Source of the DNA: Eledone cirrhosa | Taxonomy: Eukaryota | DNA: 64,000 nucleotides | Reading direction: 5' to 3' | NCBI GenBank assembly: GCA_964016885.1 | Contig: OZ024740.1 | Coordinates: forward strand, 11,470,001-11,534,000 | Shown: piece by piece, positions 32,569-52,017 of the stretch | Position numbering within the stretch: position 1 is the first letter of the stretch | Layout: the number at the start of each line of letters is the position of its first letter | Notes under the pieces: generated by a model | Database searches by the model: none | Told to the model about the DNA's origin: nothing | Seen by the model: the letters and a program-made list of their open reading frames with translations, nothing else | Translations under genes and position numbers: made by a program

Positions 32569-32615
32569 TGCTCCGAAGAATCCAAACCTCGGTTTGGAGG
32601 AAACAGCTGTAAGCA
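32569..32615 (+). ncRNA. Minimal type I hammerhead ribozyme, variant core CCGAAGA
   Basis: Stem I TGCT/AGCA; stem II TCCAAAC-CTCG-GTTTGGA; GAAA 32600-32603; palindromic CAGCTG; GUA site at 32611. Confidence 0.72.
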
Positions 32616-32820
32616 CAATAATGTTTTGAACAGTTCTTTGATTCTTATATTTCATATAACTGCTCTGTAAATCATCTGATGTTTTTACATTGAGCTACTT
32701 AACTTACTGGTAATAAGGTAGTAATACATTACTGCCTACCACTATTTATGGTGTGTGTAAAATACTTACAACTGCTTAAGGTTTTGTGTTTACATAACCA
32801 TAAATAGTATAACTAATACT

Positions 32821-33656
<836 letters not shown>

Positions 33657-33657
<1 letters not shown>

Positions 33658-36112
33658 TCCAGGTAGCCAGGAGGGAAGCTAGGAGACAAGTGTACTTCGC
33701 AAGAAGGGAAGCAGAGGAAAGAAAGTTCAAGCATGTTCTACAACGTGAGGACCAAAAACGTGAGGTGTTCAGGATTGCCAGGCAATGTGTCAAGGAAAAC
33801 CGTGATATTGTCGGGGAGAAGTGTGTGCTTAACGATGATGGCATACTTGCCATCACCGACGCTGATAAGAAGGTAGCTTGGAAGTGTCACTACGAAAGGC
33901 TTCTAAATGAGGAGAACAAATGGGAGAAAGACAGTCTCTCCCACATCGACCCAATAGAGGGACCAGCAGTGTTAGTCCAGGGTAGTACAATAAGCAAGGC
34001 AATCAAAGATATGAAGACGGGTAAGGCGGCTGGTCCTTCGGAAATAGTTGCTGAGATGCTGAAGGCATCTGGTTCGGTGGGACACACCATGGTCACCCGG
34101 ATAGTTAACCAAGTCGTACAGAATGGGGTTGTTCCGAAGGACTGGCGTAGCAGCATCATCGTTAACTGCTATAAGGGAAAAGGAGATGCCCTAGATAGGA
34201 GTAACTATAGAGGCATTAAATTAATCGACCAGGTCATGAAGGTCACGGAAAAAGTAATAGCGCAACTAATCAGAGAGAGAATTGATCTAGATGAAATGCA
34301 GTTCGGATTTGTGTCAGGCAAAAGTACCACAGACGCTCTTTTCATTGTACGACAACTACAGGAGAAGTACCTAGCTAAAAGTAAACCCCTATACTTAGCT
34401 TTCGTCGACTTGGAGAAAGCCTTCGACAGAGTCCCCCGTTCCATTATCTGGTCGTCTCTTAGAAAACTAGGTGTTGACGAATGGCTTGTGAGAGCTATAC
34501 AAGCCATGTATAAAGAAACAGTCAGTAAGGTTAGAATTAACAACGAATATAGTGAAGAGTTTAGCGTAAAAGTTGGTGTCCATCAGGGCTCTGTTCTTAG
34601 CCCCCTACTATTTATTATTGCCCTTCAGGCTATAACAGAGGAGTTCAAGACCAGCTGCCCATGGGAACTCCTATACGCAGATGATCTAACGCTCATAGCT
34701 GAATCAATGACCGAACTAGAGAAGAAATTCCAAACATGGAAGCACGGCCTAGAATCAAAAGGCCTTAAAATTAACCTGGCTAAGACAAAAGTTCTAGTTT
34801 GTAGGAAAGAAAATATGGCGGCAGTCCCATCTGGGAAATGGCCATGCTCAGTGTGTAGGAAAGGCGTAGGTAGAAACTCCATTTTATGTCCCAAATGCAA
34901 AGTATGGGTGCATAAAAGATGTAGTGGGATCACAGGTAAGCTAACTAAGAACATAGATTTTACATGTGGCCGGTGCTCTGGTGCAATAAGTAGCAGCAAG
35001 TGCCCACAAAATACTAGCTCCTTCAACTGCGCAGAGGGTTCTATAGAAATAGTGGACAGCTTCCGTTACCTGGGTGACAAAATCAGCAGTGGGGGAGGGT
35101 GCTCTGAAAGTACAGTAGCTAGAGTCAGAACTGGATGGAAAAAGTTCAGAGAGCTTATACCACTATTAGCCGCTAGAGGGTTCTCCCTAAAAATGAAAGG
35201 CAGGTTATATGATGCCTGCATACGAACAGCAATGCTGCATGGCAGTGAGACCTGGGCATTGTTTGCAGAGGATATACGCAGACTAGAGAGGAACGAAGCT
35301 TGCATGCTCCGCTGGATGTGCAATAGTAATATACGTGAACGGCAAAGCATAAACGAACTAAGGAAAAAATTAGAAATAAGAGGGATCAGATGTTGTTTAC
35401 TCGAGAGAAGGCTACGTTGGTACGGTCACGTGATGCGCATGAAAGACGACAGCTGTATAACAAAGTGCAGGGCAATAAAGATAGACGGTAGCCACGGAGT
35501 AGGCAGACCCAGAAAAACATGGGACGAGCTGATAAATTCCGACCTCACACGCTTACACCTCTCCAAGACAATGTCACTGGACCGAGACCTTTGGCGGTAC
35601 TCAGTAATAGAGAAGACCCGCCTTACCTAAATACAAAGTAAAAACCTAGTACAGTCAGTAGGCATCTCTATCAAAACACACCCCCGTCCCACCACCTCCA
35701 CCCCATCCACACCGCCCCTTTCAATGTAAAGTTATGTTGGTCGCACAATATCCTGGCCGAAACAAATGAGATTGTGTAGGTGTCACGACAAAAAACACAG
35801 TCCACGCTGTAAATGTGGCCGTGTAGGCAACACGGTAAAAACCTCCCAGCCCCACACTGTAAATGTGGTTGGTGTTAGGAAGGGCATCCAGCTGTAGAAA
35901 ACCCGCCAGACAGTCCACGCTGTAATGTGGCCGTGTAGGCAACACGGTAAAAACCTCCCAGCTCCACACTGTAAATGTGGTTGGTGTTAGGAAGGGCATC
36001 CAACTGTAGAAAACCCGCCAGACAGTCCTATGCGAGCAAGACAACCACTCTTGCCTCAAGTGGGAAAACCCCCGTCCAAACCCATGCAAGCGTGGAACAC
36101 GGACGCTAAACC

Positions 36113-36143
<31 letters not shown>
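33657..36143 (+). mobile_element. RTE-B, 5'-truncated copy
   Basis: Near-identical to 27405-29881, including the 3' UTR duplication and tail. Confidence 0.95.
33660..35630 (+). CDS. Uninterrupted RT + PHD-like portion of the RTE-B ORF (no endonuclease)
   Basis: Open from QVARREARR to EKTRLT*; YADD intact. The upstream 273 codons of the track ORF are TA-repeat artefact. Confidence 0.8.
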   Translation, partial: QVARREARRQVYFARREAEERKFKHVLQREDQKREVFRIARQCVKENRDIVGEKCVLNDDGILAITDADKKVAWKCHYERLLNEENKWEKDSLSHIDPIEGPAVLVQGSTISKAIKDMKTGKAAGPSEIVAEMLKASGSVGHTMVTRIVNQVVQNGVVPKDWRSSIIVNCYKGKGDALDRSNYRGIKLIDQVMKVTEKVIAQLIRERIDLDEMQFGFVSGKSTTDALFIVRQLQEKYLAKSKPLYLAFVDLEKAFDRVPRSIIWSSLRKLGVDEWLVRAIQAMYKETVSKVRINNEYSEEFSVKVGVHQGSVLSPLLFIIALQAITEEFKTSCPWELLYADDLTLIAESMTELEKKFQTWKHGLESKGLKINLAKTKVLVCRKENMAAVPSGKWPCSVCRKGVGRNSILCPKCKVWVHKRCSGITGKLTKNIDFTCGRCSGAISSSKCPQNTSSFNCAEGSIEIVDSFRYLGDKISSGGGCSESTVARVRTGWKKFRELIPLLAARGFSLKMKGRLYDACIRTAMLHGSETWALFAEDIRRLERNEACMLRWMCNSNIRERQSINELRKKLEIRGIRCCLLERRLRWYGHVMRMKDDSCITKCRAIKIDGSHGVGRPRKTWDELINSDLTRLHLSKTMSLDRDLWRYSVIEKTRLT

Positions 36144-36144
<1 letters not shown>

Positions 36145-36329
36145 TGTATATGTATATATATATATGTATATATATGTGTATATGTATATATATATATGTA
36201 TATATGTATATGTATATATATATGTATATGTATATATAACTTTGACTTTGAATAACTTTGAAATGTTTTGGCCCGTATTGGCCCAGGCCATGTTTAACTT
36301 AATAGCACCACCTGGCGAAGTCTTTCAAC

Positions 36330-39300
36330 TCAGGATTTGGGCACCATGGCCCATTCGAGAAGAGAATTACTGTTTGCGGAGACATATCCGGGTGTGGGTG
36401 GTTTGTCCGGGATTACTTGGAGGAATTTGTCCAAAGACTTCTTGAATTTTGTGTGGTCAGTTTCTGTTTTGACGTGTCCTGGTGTGATGTTGAAGAGAGC
36501 AGGTGAAATAATTGTGCCGTATTGTTATGTGTTGTGATTTAGATTTTTGTTAGGGACGGATAGCACGGGGCCCAAGCCTTGGGTGTATTTTGAAGGCGAT
36601 GCCAACATCATTTGGGCAGTGCTGATGAAACATTTTCCACATCATGCAGATAATATAACGCTCACGGCGACGTTGGAGTGAGTAAAGTTTCAGCTTTTCT
36701 AGTCGACCCCATTAGTCAAGGTCTGACATGCCATCTATCTTTTTCGTGATTGCCCTTTGAGGAGCTTTAAGTTTCATGATACTTTGTTTCGTGTCGGGAG
36801 ACCATAGTGGACAACAGTATTCAGGGTGTGGTCGGGCAAAAGTAGAGAAGAGAAGGATAATGGTGTGGGAATCTCTCGACTGGAAGGTTCTGAGGATCCA
36901 GGAACACATTCTGCGGGCCATGTCAACTTTGCTGCTTATATGCGTGGCCCAGCTTATGTTGCTGTCCACGGTTACTCCCAAGTCTCTGATGTTGTTAGAT
37001 GCCACGAGAGTTTCCCCGGAGGGAAGGGAGTACGGGAGTTTCAGAGCATCCTCTTTTCCAAAGTGGATCAGTTCGAATTTGTCTTTGTTCAGTAACATGT
37101 TGTTCTTTTCCGCCCATTGGGTAACAGCCAGTAGGTCTGACTGAAGGCTTATCCGATCATCCACGCCATTGATGACCTTTTGGAGCTTGGAATCATCAGC
37201 GAAAATTTTAATGTTGCTGTGTTTGATGATGTCAGTGATGTCATTAATATAGATGATGAAGAGAAGTGGGCCCAACACAGTGCCTTGTGGGACCCCACTA
37301 CTGACTCCTTCAACTACAACATGTTGGGTTCTGTTTGACAGGAAGCTCTTGATCCACTGCAGCAGCTTTCCAGTGACACCAATATTGGACAGCTTTCTCA
37401 GTAGAATGTTGTGATCAACCCTGTCAAAGGCCTTGCTGAAATCAAGGTAGATAACATCAGTGTTAGAACTCTCTCCCAAGGCTCTCAAAATGTCATCAAA
37501 GTGATGCAGTAGTTGCGTCAGGCAATCCCTTCCATTACGGAATCCATGCTGGTTGGGGTTCAGCATATTGTTACTCTCAAGGAAGTGAGTCATTCGCGAT
37601 CTCACCACTCTCTCAAATACCTTAATAATATGAGAGGTGAGTGAGATTGGACGGTAATTCACGGCAAGGGATTTGTTTCCTTTTTTGAAAACTGGGACAA
37701 CAGACGGGGATAGAAGGTTTTCTGGCACATATCCAGCATCCAGTGAGTTCCGCCACAGATTGGCAAGTTGGTGTTCACACGCCTTCAAGACACAAGCAGG
37801 GAACCTATCGGGACCTACTGCTGAATTATGCTTGATTTCCTTTATTGCCGCTAAGACATCAGGGGCGCCAAACGTTATGTCCGATAAGGTGTAATGGGGA
37901 GTAACATCGCCGATACAGCCCAGATCGGCCATATCAGGATTGCTGAAAACAGAGCAGTATTGTTTCTGCAGTATCTCACCCATGGTTTTAGCATTGTCTT
38001 GAAGAGTGCCATTTTCATCAATTAGAGGGCCAACAGTGGAGCCAGTGATTTTGTATTTTTTTTGCAAATGAAAAGAACGCTTTGGGATTGAGTTTGATCT
38101 TCTCAATAGCCCAGGCCTCTTCAGCTCTTCTCTGATTGTTGATGATAGACATCATATTGTTTTGGAGGTTATGTTTTTTAATCTCTAGTGATGAAATGGC
38201 AGTCAAGTTGGATGTGTTGCTGCTGACAGTATTTCAGCTTGTTGATTTTTTTTGTTCGTTCTCTTAATTTTCCTGATGAGCGTTTTTCTATTTCTAGGGA
38301 TTCTGCTCTTAGATTTGTTTATAGTTCTTAATGGGGTGTGTTTTGCACATATGTTTGTGACAGTGTCCACAAATGTCTGCCAGGACTTTTTGATGTTAGT
38401 GGGTGTATGAGTGTGCGTGAAGGACCAGTCGACATGTGCAAAATCATGACTGATCGCTTATCAGTTTGCATTGTGGAAATCCATAGCGTCAAACGGATGG
38501 ACAGGAGAGATGACATTGGGTTTGTATATTGGACGGTGGAATATCAGATCACAGAACCATGTCATGATCAGAGAGTAGAGTTTTCTCCACTGCAATATTG
38601 TGGTTATTGTCAGTGTGATTGCTGAAAATTAAGTCTAGGACGTTTTTGTGGCACCTCGTTGGTTCGAGCACCAGTTGGGACAGGAAGAAATCATCCATGA
38701 AGTCAAGAAGCGATTCCACTGCTTCCCTGTCAGAGGTTGAGGCAGAAGAACCTGGTGGCAGGCTGTTTGTGGACCAGTCAACTCCAGGGAGGTTGAAGTC
38801 CCCCATCATTAAGATGTTGTCAGGGTGACACTCTTGGATGAAACACTTTATGCTGTTGAGGCATTCCTTGAAGCATGGTACAGGCGTTTGGGGTGGCCTA
38901 TAGAGCCCAACTACTATTAGGTTGTTGGTTTGACTGAATACAGTGACTGCTTCGCAGTATCCATTAGTAAATATGTTCATAGCCTCTGTTGAGAAAGAAT
39001 TATGGACATAAATGGCAGTCCCACCCTTTCTTCTGCCAGCGCGATCAGCCCGGATGGCTTTGAAATTTTTCACTTTCACCTCGGCTTCCAAGTGGAGGTT
39101 ACTGAGATGGGTTTCAGTGAGGACGAAGAAAAGGATGTGGTTTGGATGGACATCAATCCAGTCCTCCAGGAATTTGATCTTCCATTTTTGAGTATTGGTG
39201 GAAGGGCTGATGCCTTGGGCGTTAAGCAAAAATGTAGAGGCGAGGGTGGATGGTTTTAATTGTTTTGGTGTGTTGTTAATTTGTTTGTTTGTTAATGGCA

Positions 39301-39388
39301 GCAGTGGGGTGATAGTGGAGGGTGGTGCTGGGTGATAGCTCGAATGTTTTTTTCCAGTTCTTTTGCCAGATTCATTATGGCTAAAAAA
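36330..39388 (-). pseudogene. CR1-like ORF2, frameshifted
   Basis: Fragments 38549-39229, 38018-38206 and 36712-38106 match copy 1 ORF2. Confidence 0.9.
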
Positions 39389-40448
39389 GAGGAAGAAATT
39401 TCCTGTTTAGGAGACTGTTGGTGACTGTGGTAGTGGTTATTTTTATGTAGGTTATGGTTTTTGTTTTTGCTTTTATTTTAATTTTTATTTTCATTTGTCC
39501 GACGGGAGATGGGTAAAGGGACAATCCCGGCGTAAACACAATCTGTCTCGCAGGAAAAAGCGGCAGATTTGTGGATTCCTTGTTTGAGTTATTGGTGGTT
39601 GTGTTGGTGTTAAATTAGAGTATGTATTATAGTGGTGGCTGTTTGTGGGGATAGACCGTTTTGTCCTAGGTAAATGGATGAATTTGCAGCCACTATCCGT
39701 ACATATTCTATAGCGTAGAGAGTAGCGGCAAATGATGGGGTTTCGAGTGGGTGTATATGTGTGTGTGTGTGTTGTGAGAGGTGTAGATGATGGTTTGAGT
39801 AGGTTTTGACGACCTTTGTGGGCTGTGGGAGGGAGAGTTCTTGTACTGGTATTAGAAGGTAAATTCCTTGAGATAGCAGTAGGCAAAGATGTTGTAGTAG
39901 TAGTAGTAGGTAGAGGATATGTTGGCAGTGGTGATGATTGGCCTGTTGGGGCAGAGAAAGGAAGAGGCGTTTCCTGCTGTGAGACAGTGGCTACTGGGAG
40001 GTCAATAGTTTCATTTAGTAGTTCGGCCATTGTTGATGAATCAAGGAGTGGTTCACACTGTTGTTGTTGCTGCTGCTGTTGTTGTTGTTGTCGTCGTCGT
40101 CGTCGTTGTTGTTGTTGTTGTTGTTGTTGCTGTTGTTGTTGCCGTTGTTGCCGTTGTTGTTGCTGCTGCTGTTGTTGTTGTTGCTGCTGCTGGACAGCAT
40201 CCGAAGAAAAAACACACCGTAGTTTATCCAAATGTTTATTGATTAATTTAAAAGCAACTTCGATTTGCTTTAATTTATTTTGAATCTGTTGTTCAGATCG
40301 GGTTTTCAAAAGGTGAACTACGTTTAGCAATGTCGTTCAGACATGAAGCATCTATGTCTTCTGTTTGGGTAAGGCAATGCCATGTGTTTATTAGAATGTC
40401 GATTTCATTATCAGACCAGTTCTGTTTGGATTTTTGCTGGTTAGCCAT
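39292..40448 (-). pseudogene. CR1-like ORF1: putative Myb/SANT-like N-terminus, polyQ, Pro/Thr-rich linker, two CCCH fingers
   Basis: ATG 40448 gives MANQQKSKQNWSDNEIDILINTWHC...NDIA; after a 1-nt shift it continues NVVHLLKTRSEQQIQNKLKQIEVAFK...QQQQ. A second frameshift lies near 39505. Confidence 0.7.
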
Positions 40449-40840
40449 TCTAGTTTTGAGTGTGTTTTAGTTAAGTATTTCAATATATTCTTTTTTTTTG
40501 TTTTTTGTTTTTTTGTATTTTTCTTGTGTGTGAGTGAGAAGTGTATATATAAATATAAGTATATATTTATATATATATTCTGGTTATTTGAAATTAATGA
40601 AAAGACGAAAGTATATAATAATTTGTAATTAAAGTAAAATGTACTCACAAGTTGGTAAACACGTGGTTTTGTTTTGTAGCTGTGTGACTTGCTGCTTACT
40701 CGGGGAGAGAAGTGAAAACACGTCTTTATACTTCAACACCATACATACATGTATATATATGTATATATATATATATGTGTATATATATGTATATATATAT
40801 GTGTATATATATATATATATGTGTATATATATGTATATAT

Positions 40841-40885
<45 letters not shown>

Positions 40886-40890
40886 TATAT

Positions 40891-41727
40891 AAATGAGAGG
40901 TATAGAGATTGTTTTAGTGAGAAGCTAATAGTATTCTATAACATATATGCGACTATAACGTCAAGATGGGAAAAGTAAACGTAAGATTTAGGAAAAATAA
41001 TTCAAACTCATCTCAAAAGAGAATCAGGATACAAATTCATCCACAGAATTTAGTGAAATCCAGGGAAAAATCAATAGACCTTTAACTCATGATAAAATAA
41101 AGTTTAAAACACCTATCCTTCAATTTGGAATAACATCAAATGCTCTGTATAGTCTTAAAAAACTATTTCATGAAAACTTTCAGTGGAGATGGTCGCGGTT
41201 GGATTTCAATCGTCAGCAGAGCTCAATAGAAACCAGGGCTCTCACAGTATTATAATCCGAAAAAGGGAATTCTAAAACTGGCTAATTCGCCATCATGTGT
41301 TATTATGAAAAAGCACATGAGGAAAAACGGGGCTAGTGACGTCAGGATGAAAGTGAATGTTTATTTACAAGAAATAGCAGTCAAATACATTCTGAAAAAA
41401 ACTCTACAAAGGGAGTTCAGCAAATAGCAATAATTATCACAGTTTTTATGAAAAAAAACCGGGATTAGTCACAGATAGTTTAAGCAATCTAGGAAAAGAA
41501 TCCGAGTATAAGTATAAATGAGAGGTATAGAGATTGTTTTAGCAAGAAGCTAATAGTATTCTATAACATATATGCGACTATAACGTCAAGATCGGAAAAG
41601 TAGTTAACGTAAGATTTAGCTCAACAGAAACCAGGGCTCTCACAGTATTATAATCCGAAAAAGGGAATTCTAAAACGGGCTAGTTCGCCATCATGTGTTA
41701 TTATGAAAAAGCACATGAGGAAAAACG
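40891..41727 (-). mobile_element. Non-coding partially tandem island with a hammerhead (Penelope-like or retrozyme remnant)
   Basis: 40891-40990 is repeated at ~41514-41619 and 41220-41329 at ~41618-41727. Confidence 0.6.
41142..41222 (-). ncRNA. Type I hammerhead ribozyme (canonical core)
   Basis: Minus strand reads GCTCTG-CTGACGA-T-TGAAA...TTTCA-T-GAAA-TAGTTT-TTTA-AGACTA-TA-CAGAGC: 6-bp stem I, 6-bp stem III and an AUA site. Confidence 0.85.
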
Positions 41728-41760
41728 TATATGTATATATATATATATATATATGTATAT

Positions 41761-42002
41761 ATCATCATCATCATCATCGTTTAACGTCCATGTTCCACGC
41801 TTGCATGGGTTTGGACAGGAGTTTTCCCACTTGAGGAAAGAGTGGTTGTCTTGCTCGCATAGGACTGTCTGGCGGGTTTTCTACAGCTGGATGCCCTTCC
41901 TAACACCAACCACATTTACAGTGTGGGGCTGGGAGGTTTTTACCGTGTTGCCTACATGGTCACATTACAGCGTGGACTGTGTTTTTTTATCGTGACACCT
42001 AC
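41761..42002 (-). mobile_element. RTE-B 3' UTR fragment with tail
   Basis: Matches the RTE-B terminus. Confidence 0.88.
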
Positions 42003-46959
<4,957 letters not shown>

Positions 46960-49900
46960 TCATCATCATCATCATCATCATTTTACGTCCGCTTTTCCCT
47001 GCTTGCAAGGGTGGGGCGGGTCTTATTCAGCACAGCATCTCTCCACTCGTCACGGTCCCTCGTCATCTCCACCGTGAGCTTCAATGATCTGAGGTCTGTT
47101 CTCACCACCTCCGCCCATGTTTTTCGTGGTCTACCTCTACCACGTCTTCCTTCAACTGGCATTTCCTGGCACTTCTTCACCCATCGGTCATCCTCCATGC
47201 GCATCACATGTCCATACCACCTCAGTCTCCTCTCCCGTACACTACATTCTATCCCTCTCAGACACAGTTTCTCTCTCAACACATTTATGCTGGGTCGTTC
47301 ACGCACATTTACACTGCACATCCAACGGAGCATGCTTGCCTCATTTCTCTCCAGCCGTCGCATATCCTCTGCCGTTGCTGCCCATGTCTCGCTACCATGC
47401 AGTATCGTGCTCCTCACACAGGCATCATACAACCGGCCTTTCGTAAGCAGGGAGAAACCCTTCTTCGTCAACAGAGGAAGCAGCTCCCTAAACTTCTTCC
47501 AACCCGTCCTTATTCTAGATACTATGGCCTCGGAACACCCTCCTCCCATGCTAATCTGATCTCCTAGGTACCGGAAGCTATCCACCACTTCTATAGCGCC
47601 CTCCTGCATTTGAAAAATGTGTCTATCAATGCGACTTCTACTGTCTAATTTCCCTGTACATCTACTGCATACATATTTCTCCCTACCTGTTAGTTTGCCT
47701 GCTATCCCGCTACATCTCTTGTGTACCCAGGATCTGCATTGTGTGCATTTTATAGAATTTATGCCAGTTCCTTTTCTGCATATCGAGCATGGCCATTTCC
47801 CTGACGGAATCAGGGTTTTGTCCTCTTTTCTACTCATCAACACTTTTGTCTTAGCTAGATTCACTCTCAGTCCTCTTGCTTCCAACTGCTGCTTCCATAG
47901 CCAGAATTTATTCTTTAGCTCCTCTACTGATTCTGCTATAAGAACCAGATCGTCAGCAGAGAGAAGTTCCCATGGACAGCCAGTCTTAAACTCCTCTGTT
48001 ATGGCTTGGAGGACTATAATGAACAAGAGCGGGCTGAGGACCGAACCCTGATGTACTCCTACTTTTATCTGGAATTCCTCACTAAACTCCATTCCTACCC
48101 TGACTTTACTGAGAGTACCTCTGTACAAAGTTTGCACTGTCCTCACAAGCCATTCCTCAACACCTAGCTTCCTTAGGGACCACCAGATGACAGATCGGGG
48201 TACCCTATCAAAGGCCTTCTCTAGGTCAACAAAGGCTAAGTATAGTGCCTTATTCTTCTCTAAGAACCTCTCTTGCATTTGTCTCACCAAGAAGAGGGCA
48301 TCTGTTGTACTCTTCCCAGGCACAAAACCAAACTGCATCTCATCTAGTTTGGCCCTTTCTCTAATTAGTTGTGCTAAAATCCTTTCTGCCACTTTCATAA
48401 CCTGATCTATCAGTTTTATACCCCTATAATTGCTCCTCTCCAAAGCATCCCCTTTACCTTTGTAGCAATTTATGAGAATACTGCTGCACCAGTCTTTGGG
48501 TATGACACCACCATATATAGCCTGATTGATGATGTGTGCAACCAGTTTAGTGCCTACGTCCCCTGATGCCTTCAGCATCTCAGCAACTATTCCCGATGGT
48601 CCGGCCGCCTTACCATTTTTCATTTCCCTAATCGCCTCTTGGACCCTATATTCGTCAATCTCAATAGCTGGTCCCTCTGTCGGATCTACCAGGGTAATTT
48701 CTCTCTCTCCCATTCGTTCTCCACATTCATCAGTCTCTCATAATGACATTTCCAGGCCTCCTTTTTCTGATCATTCGTGACACTAAGTACACCGGCATCA
48801 TCCCGGACACATTTATCTCCAACAACATCCTGATTTGCATTGACACACTGCCTTGCAATGTGGAACACCGCACGCCTCTGATCTTCCCGTCGCAGAACAT
48901 TGGCAAACCTCCTACTCTCTGCCTCCCTGCGTGCTAAGTACACCTGACGTCTAGCTTCTTTCTTAGTGGCTGTATATTCTTCCCTACTCCCACCCTTTTT
49001 CCAAGCCTTCCATGCTAGTCTTTTGTCTCTAATAGCCTTATCTACTGTGCTGTTCCACCACCAGGTCACTCTCTGTCTGGTTGGAGCTCTGCTCCAGCCA
49101 CAGGTTTCATCAGTAGCCTGCAGTAAGTTGTCACGTAAGAACTTCCAGTTATTATCTATGTCATACGTCTCTAAATCGTCTTCTTTTTCGTCATATACAT
49201 CTTGAAGGGCTTTCCTAAATTTGTATTTTAGTGAAAGGTCTTTTAGCTTCCAGACCTTTCTTCTCCACACCTTCCTATATGTCTCATTCCATCTCTTGCT
49301 TACTGAGATATCACTAACAACTAACCTATGCTGTGGGGTACATTCTTTCCCAGGGTATGCCTTGGTATTAGACACTATCTGCCTGTCCCGCTGCCTAACT
49401 AGCAGGAAGTCAATCTGGCTTATGTGCTCACCAGATTTGTAGGTTATTAGGTGATTGGCAGGTTTCTGGAAGTTTGTGTTGCAAATAGTCAATGTACTCG
49501 CATCACAAAATTCAGTGTAACCATCCTGGAGCTGTCCAACATGACCATTGAAGTCTCCTGCTAGCATAACGATGTCTCCGTCCTCTGTCATTGTGGTTGT
49601 TTGCAAAAGTTGCTCATAAAAGCAGTCTTTCTCATCTTTGTCTAGGCCTGCTTGGGGAGCATAGGCCGAGATGATTGTCAGTAGTCTCCTACCTACAACT
49701 AATCTAAGCTTAATTATTCGATTACTAACTCGAACTACCTCTATTGTCTTATTGATCAATCTCTCAGCCAGGAAAATGTCTACTCTCCTTAACCCATCAT
49801 CCTTACCTACCCAGAATAGCTTATAGCTAAGACGTTTGCCTATGACTAGTCTCGCAGAGGCACCTCTCCATCTCACCTCTTGCACGCAGCACACATCCAC

Positions 49901-50174
49901 CTGCCTTCTCTCCAGCATCTCCACTATTTCAGCAGATCTACCTCTGAGAGTGCCAACATTAAGTGTTGCAACTCTGAGATGCGACGTCTTCATATTTTGT
50001 TGTTGTTGTGCTGATAAGCGTTTTGGCATTGATACACTGGTTGGATGCCCTTCCTAACACCAGCGCCACTTTACAGCATGGACTGGGTTCTTTTATTTGT
50101 GCCACCAGCACTAGAGAGGATGTCTTTCTAGACTCAAGGGCCCTCTCTACGCCCTCCATTTTACAGCATGGTCA

Positions 50175-50186
<12 letters not shown>
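46960..50186 (-). mobile_element. RTE-clade LINE family C, near full length, no 3' UTR
   Basis: Short 5' UTR, then an EN-RT ORF whose stop ([13 protein letters not shown]) is followed after 2 nt by the (TGA)n tail. Confidence 0.93.
46983..50029 (-). pseudogene. RTE-C ORF, inactivated
   Basis: Frameshift near 48700, YADD changed to SADD, and an in-frame deletion in EN (DGYTEFCDA lacks the HGG..RNEEG segment present in RTE-A and RTE-B). Confidence 0.9.
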
Positions 50187-50261
<75 letters not shown>

Positions 50262-50934
50262 GTATATATGTATGTATATATATATATGTATGTATATATA
50301 TATATGTATATGTATATATATATGTATATATATATGTATATGTATATATGTATATATATATGTATATATATGTATATGTATATATATATGTATATATATA
50401 TATATATGTATATATATGTATATATATATATATATGTATATGTATATATATATGTATATGTATATATATATGTATATGTATATATATATGTATATATATA
50501 TGTATATATATATGTATATATATATGTATATAAGTATGTATATACGTATATATATATGTATATATGTATATATATACGTATATATATATATATATATGCA
50601 TATATATATGTATATATATGTATATATATACGTATATATATATGTATATATGTATATATATACGTGTATATATATATATATATATATATGCATATATATA
50701 TGTATATATATGTATATATGTATATATATATATATATGTATATATATATGTATATATATGTATATATATATGTATATATATGTATATATATATGTATATA
50801 TATATATGTATATATGTATATATATATATATATGTATATATATATGTATATATATGTATATATATATGTATATATATGTATATATATATATATGTGTGTA
50901 TATATATGTATATATATATATGTATATATATATG

Positions 50935-50965
<31 letters not shown>

Positions 50966-50981
50966 GTATATATATATGTAT

Positions 50982-51013
<32 letters not shown>

Positions 51014-51078
51014 GTATATGTATATATATATGTATATGTATATGTATATATATATGTATATATATATGTATATGTATA

Positions 51079-51113
<35 letters not shown>

Positions 51114-51194
51114 ATATATATGTATATATATGTATATGTATATGTGTATATGTATATATATATGTATATGTATATATATATGTATATATATATG

Positions 51195-51229
<35 letters not shown>

Positions 51230-51244
51230 GTGTATATATATATG

Positions 51245-51297
<53 letters not shown>

Positions 51298-51459
51298 GTG
51301 TATATATATATGTATATATATATATATATGTATATGTATATATATATGTATATATATATATATGTATATGTATATATGTATATGTATATATATATGTATA
51401 TATATATATATGTATATGTATATGTATATATATATGTATATGTATATATGTATATGTAT

Positions 51460-51517
<58 letters not shown>

Positions 51518-51528
51518 GTATATATATG

Positions 51529-51573
<45 letters not shown>

Positions 51574-51661
51574 GTATATATATGTATATATGTATATATA
51601 TGTATATATATGTATATATATGTATGTATATATATGTATATATATATATATGTATATGTAT

Positions 51662-51735
<74 letters not shown>

Positions 51736-51739
51736 GTAT

Positions 51740-51817
<78 letters not shown>

Positions 51818-51821
51818 GTAT

Positions 51822-51855
<34 letters not shown>

Positions 51856-51860
51856 GTATA

Positions 51861-51937
<77 letters not shown>

Positions 51938-51956
51938 GTATATATATGTATGTATA

Positions 51957-51999
<43 letters not shown>

Positions 52000-52017
52000 A
52001 TGTATATATATATGTAT
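50187..52017. repeat. Degenerate (TA)n/(TATG)n array
   Basis: Direct inspection. Confidence 0.97.

Larger units (their letters stand above)
31493..32820. mobile_element. Element with ~250-bp inverted repeats (31493-31742 / 32408-32657), each containing a hammerhead; Penelope-like
   Basis: The arms are reverse complements with no mismatch noticed; 665-bp spacer; the right arm continues ~160 bp to the next TA array. Confidence 0.75.
36238..40740 (-). mobile_element. CR1-like LINE copy 4, apparently full length but decayed
   Basis: Putative 5' UTR (~40449-40740), ORF1, ORF2 with several indels and stops, 3' UTR and TTCAAAG(TTA) tail. Confidence 0.9.
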
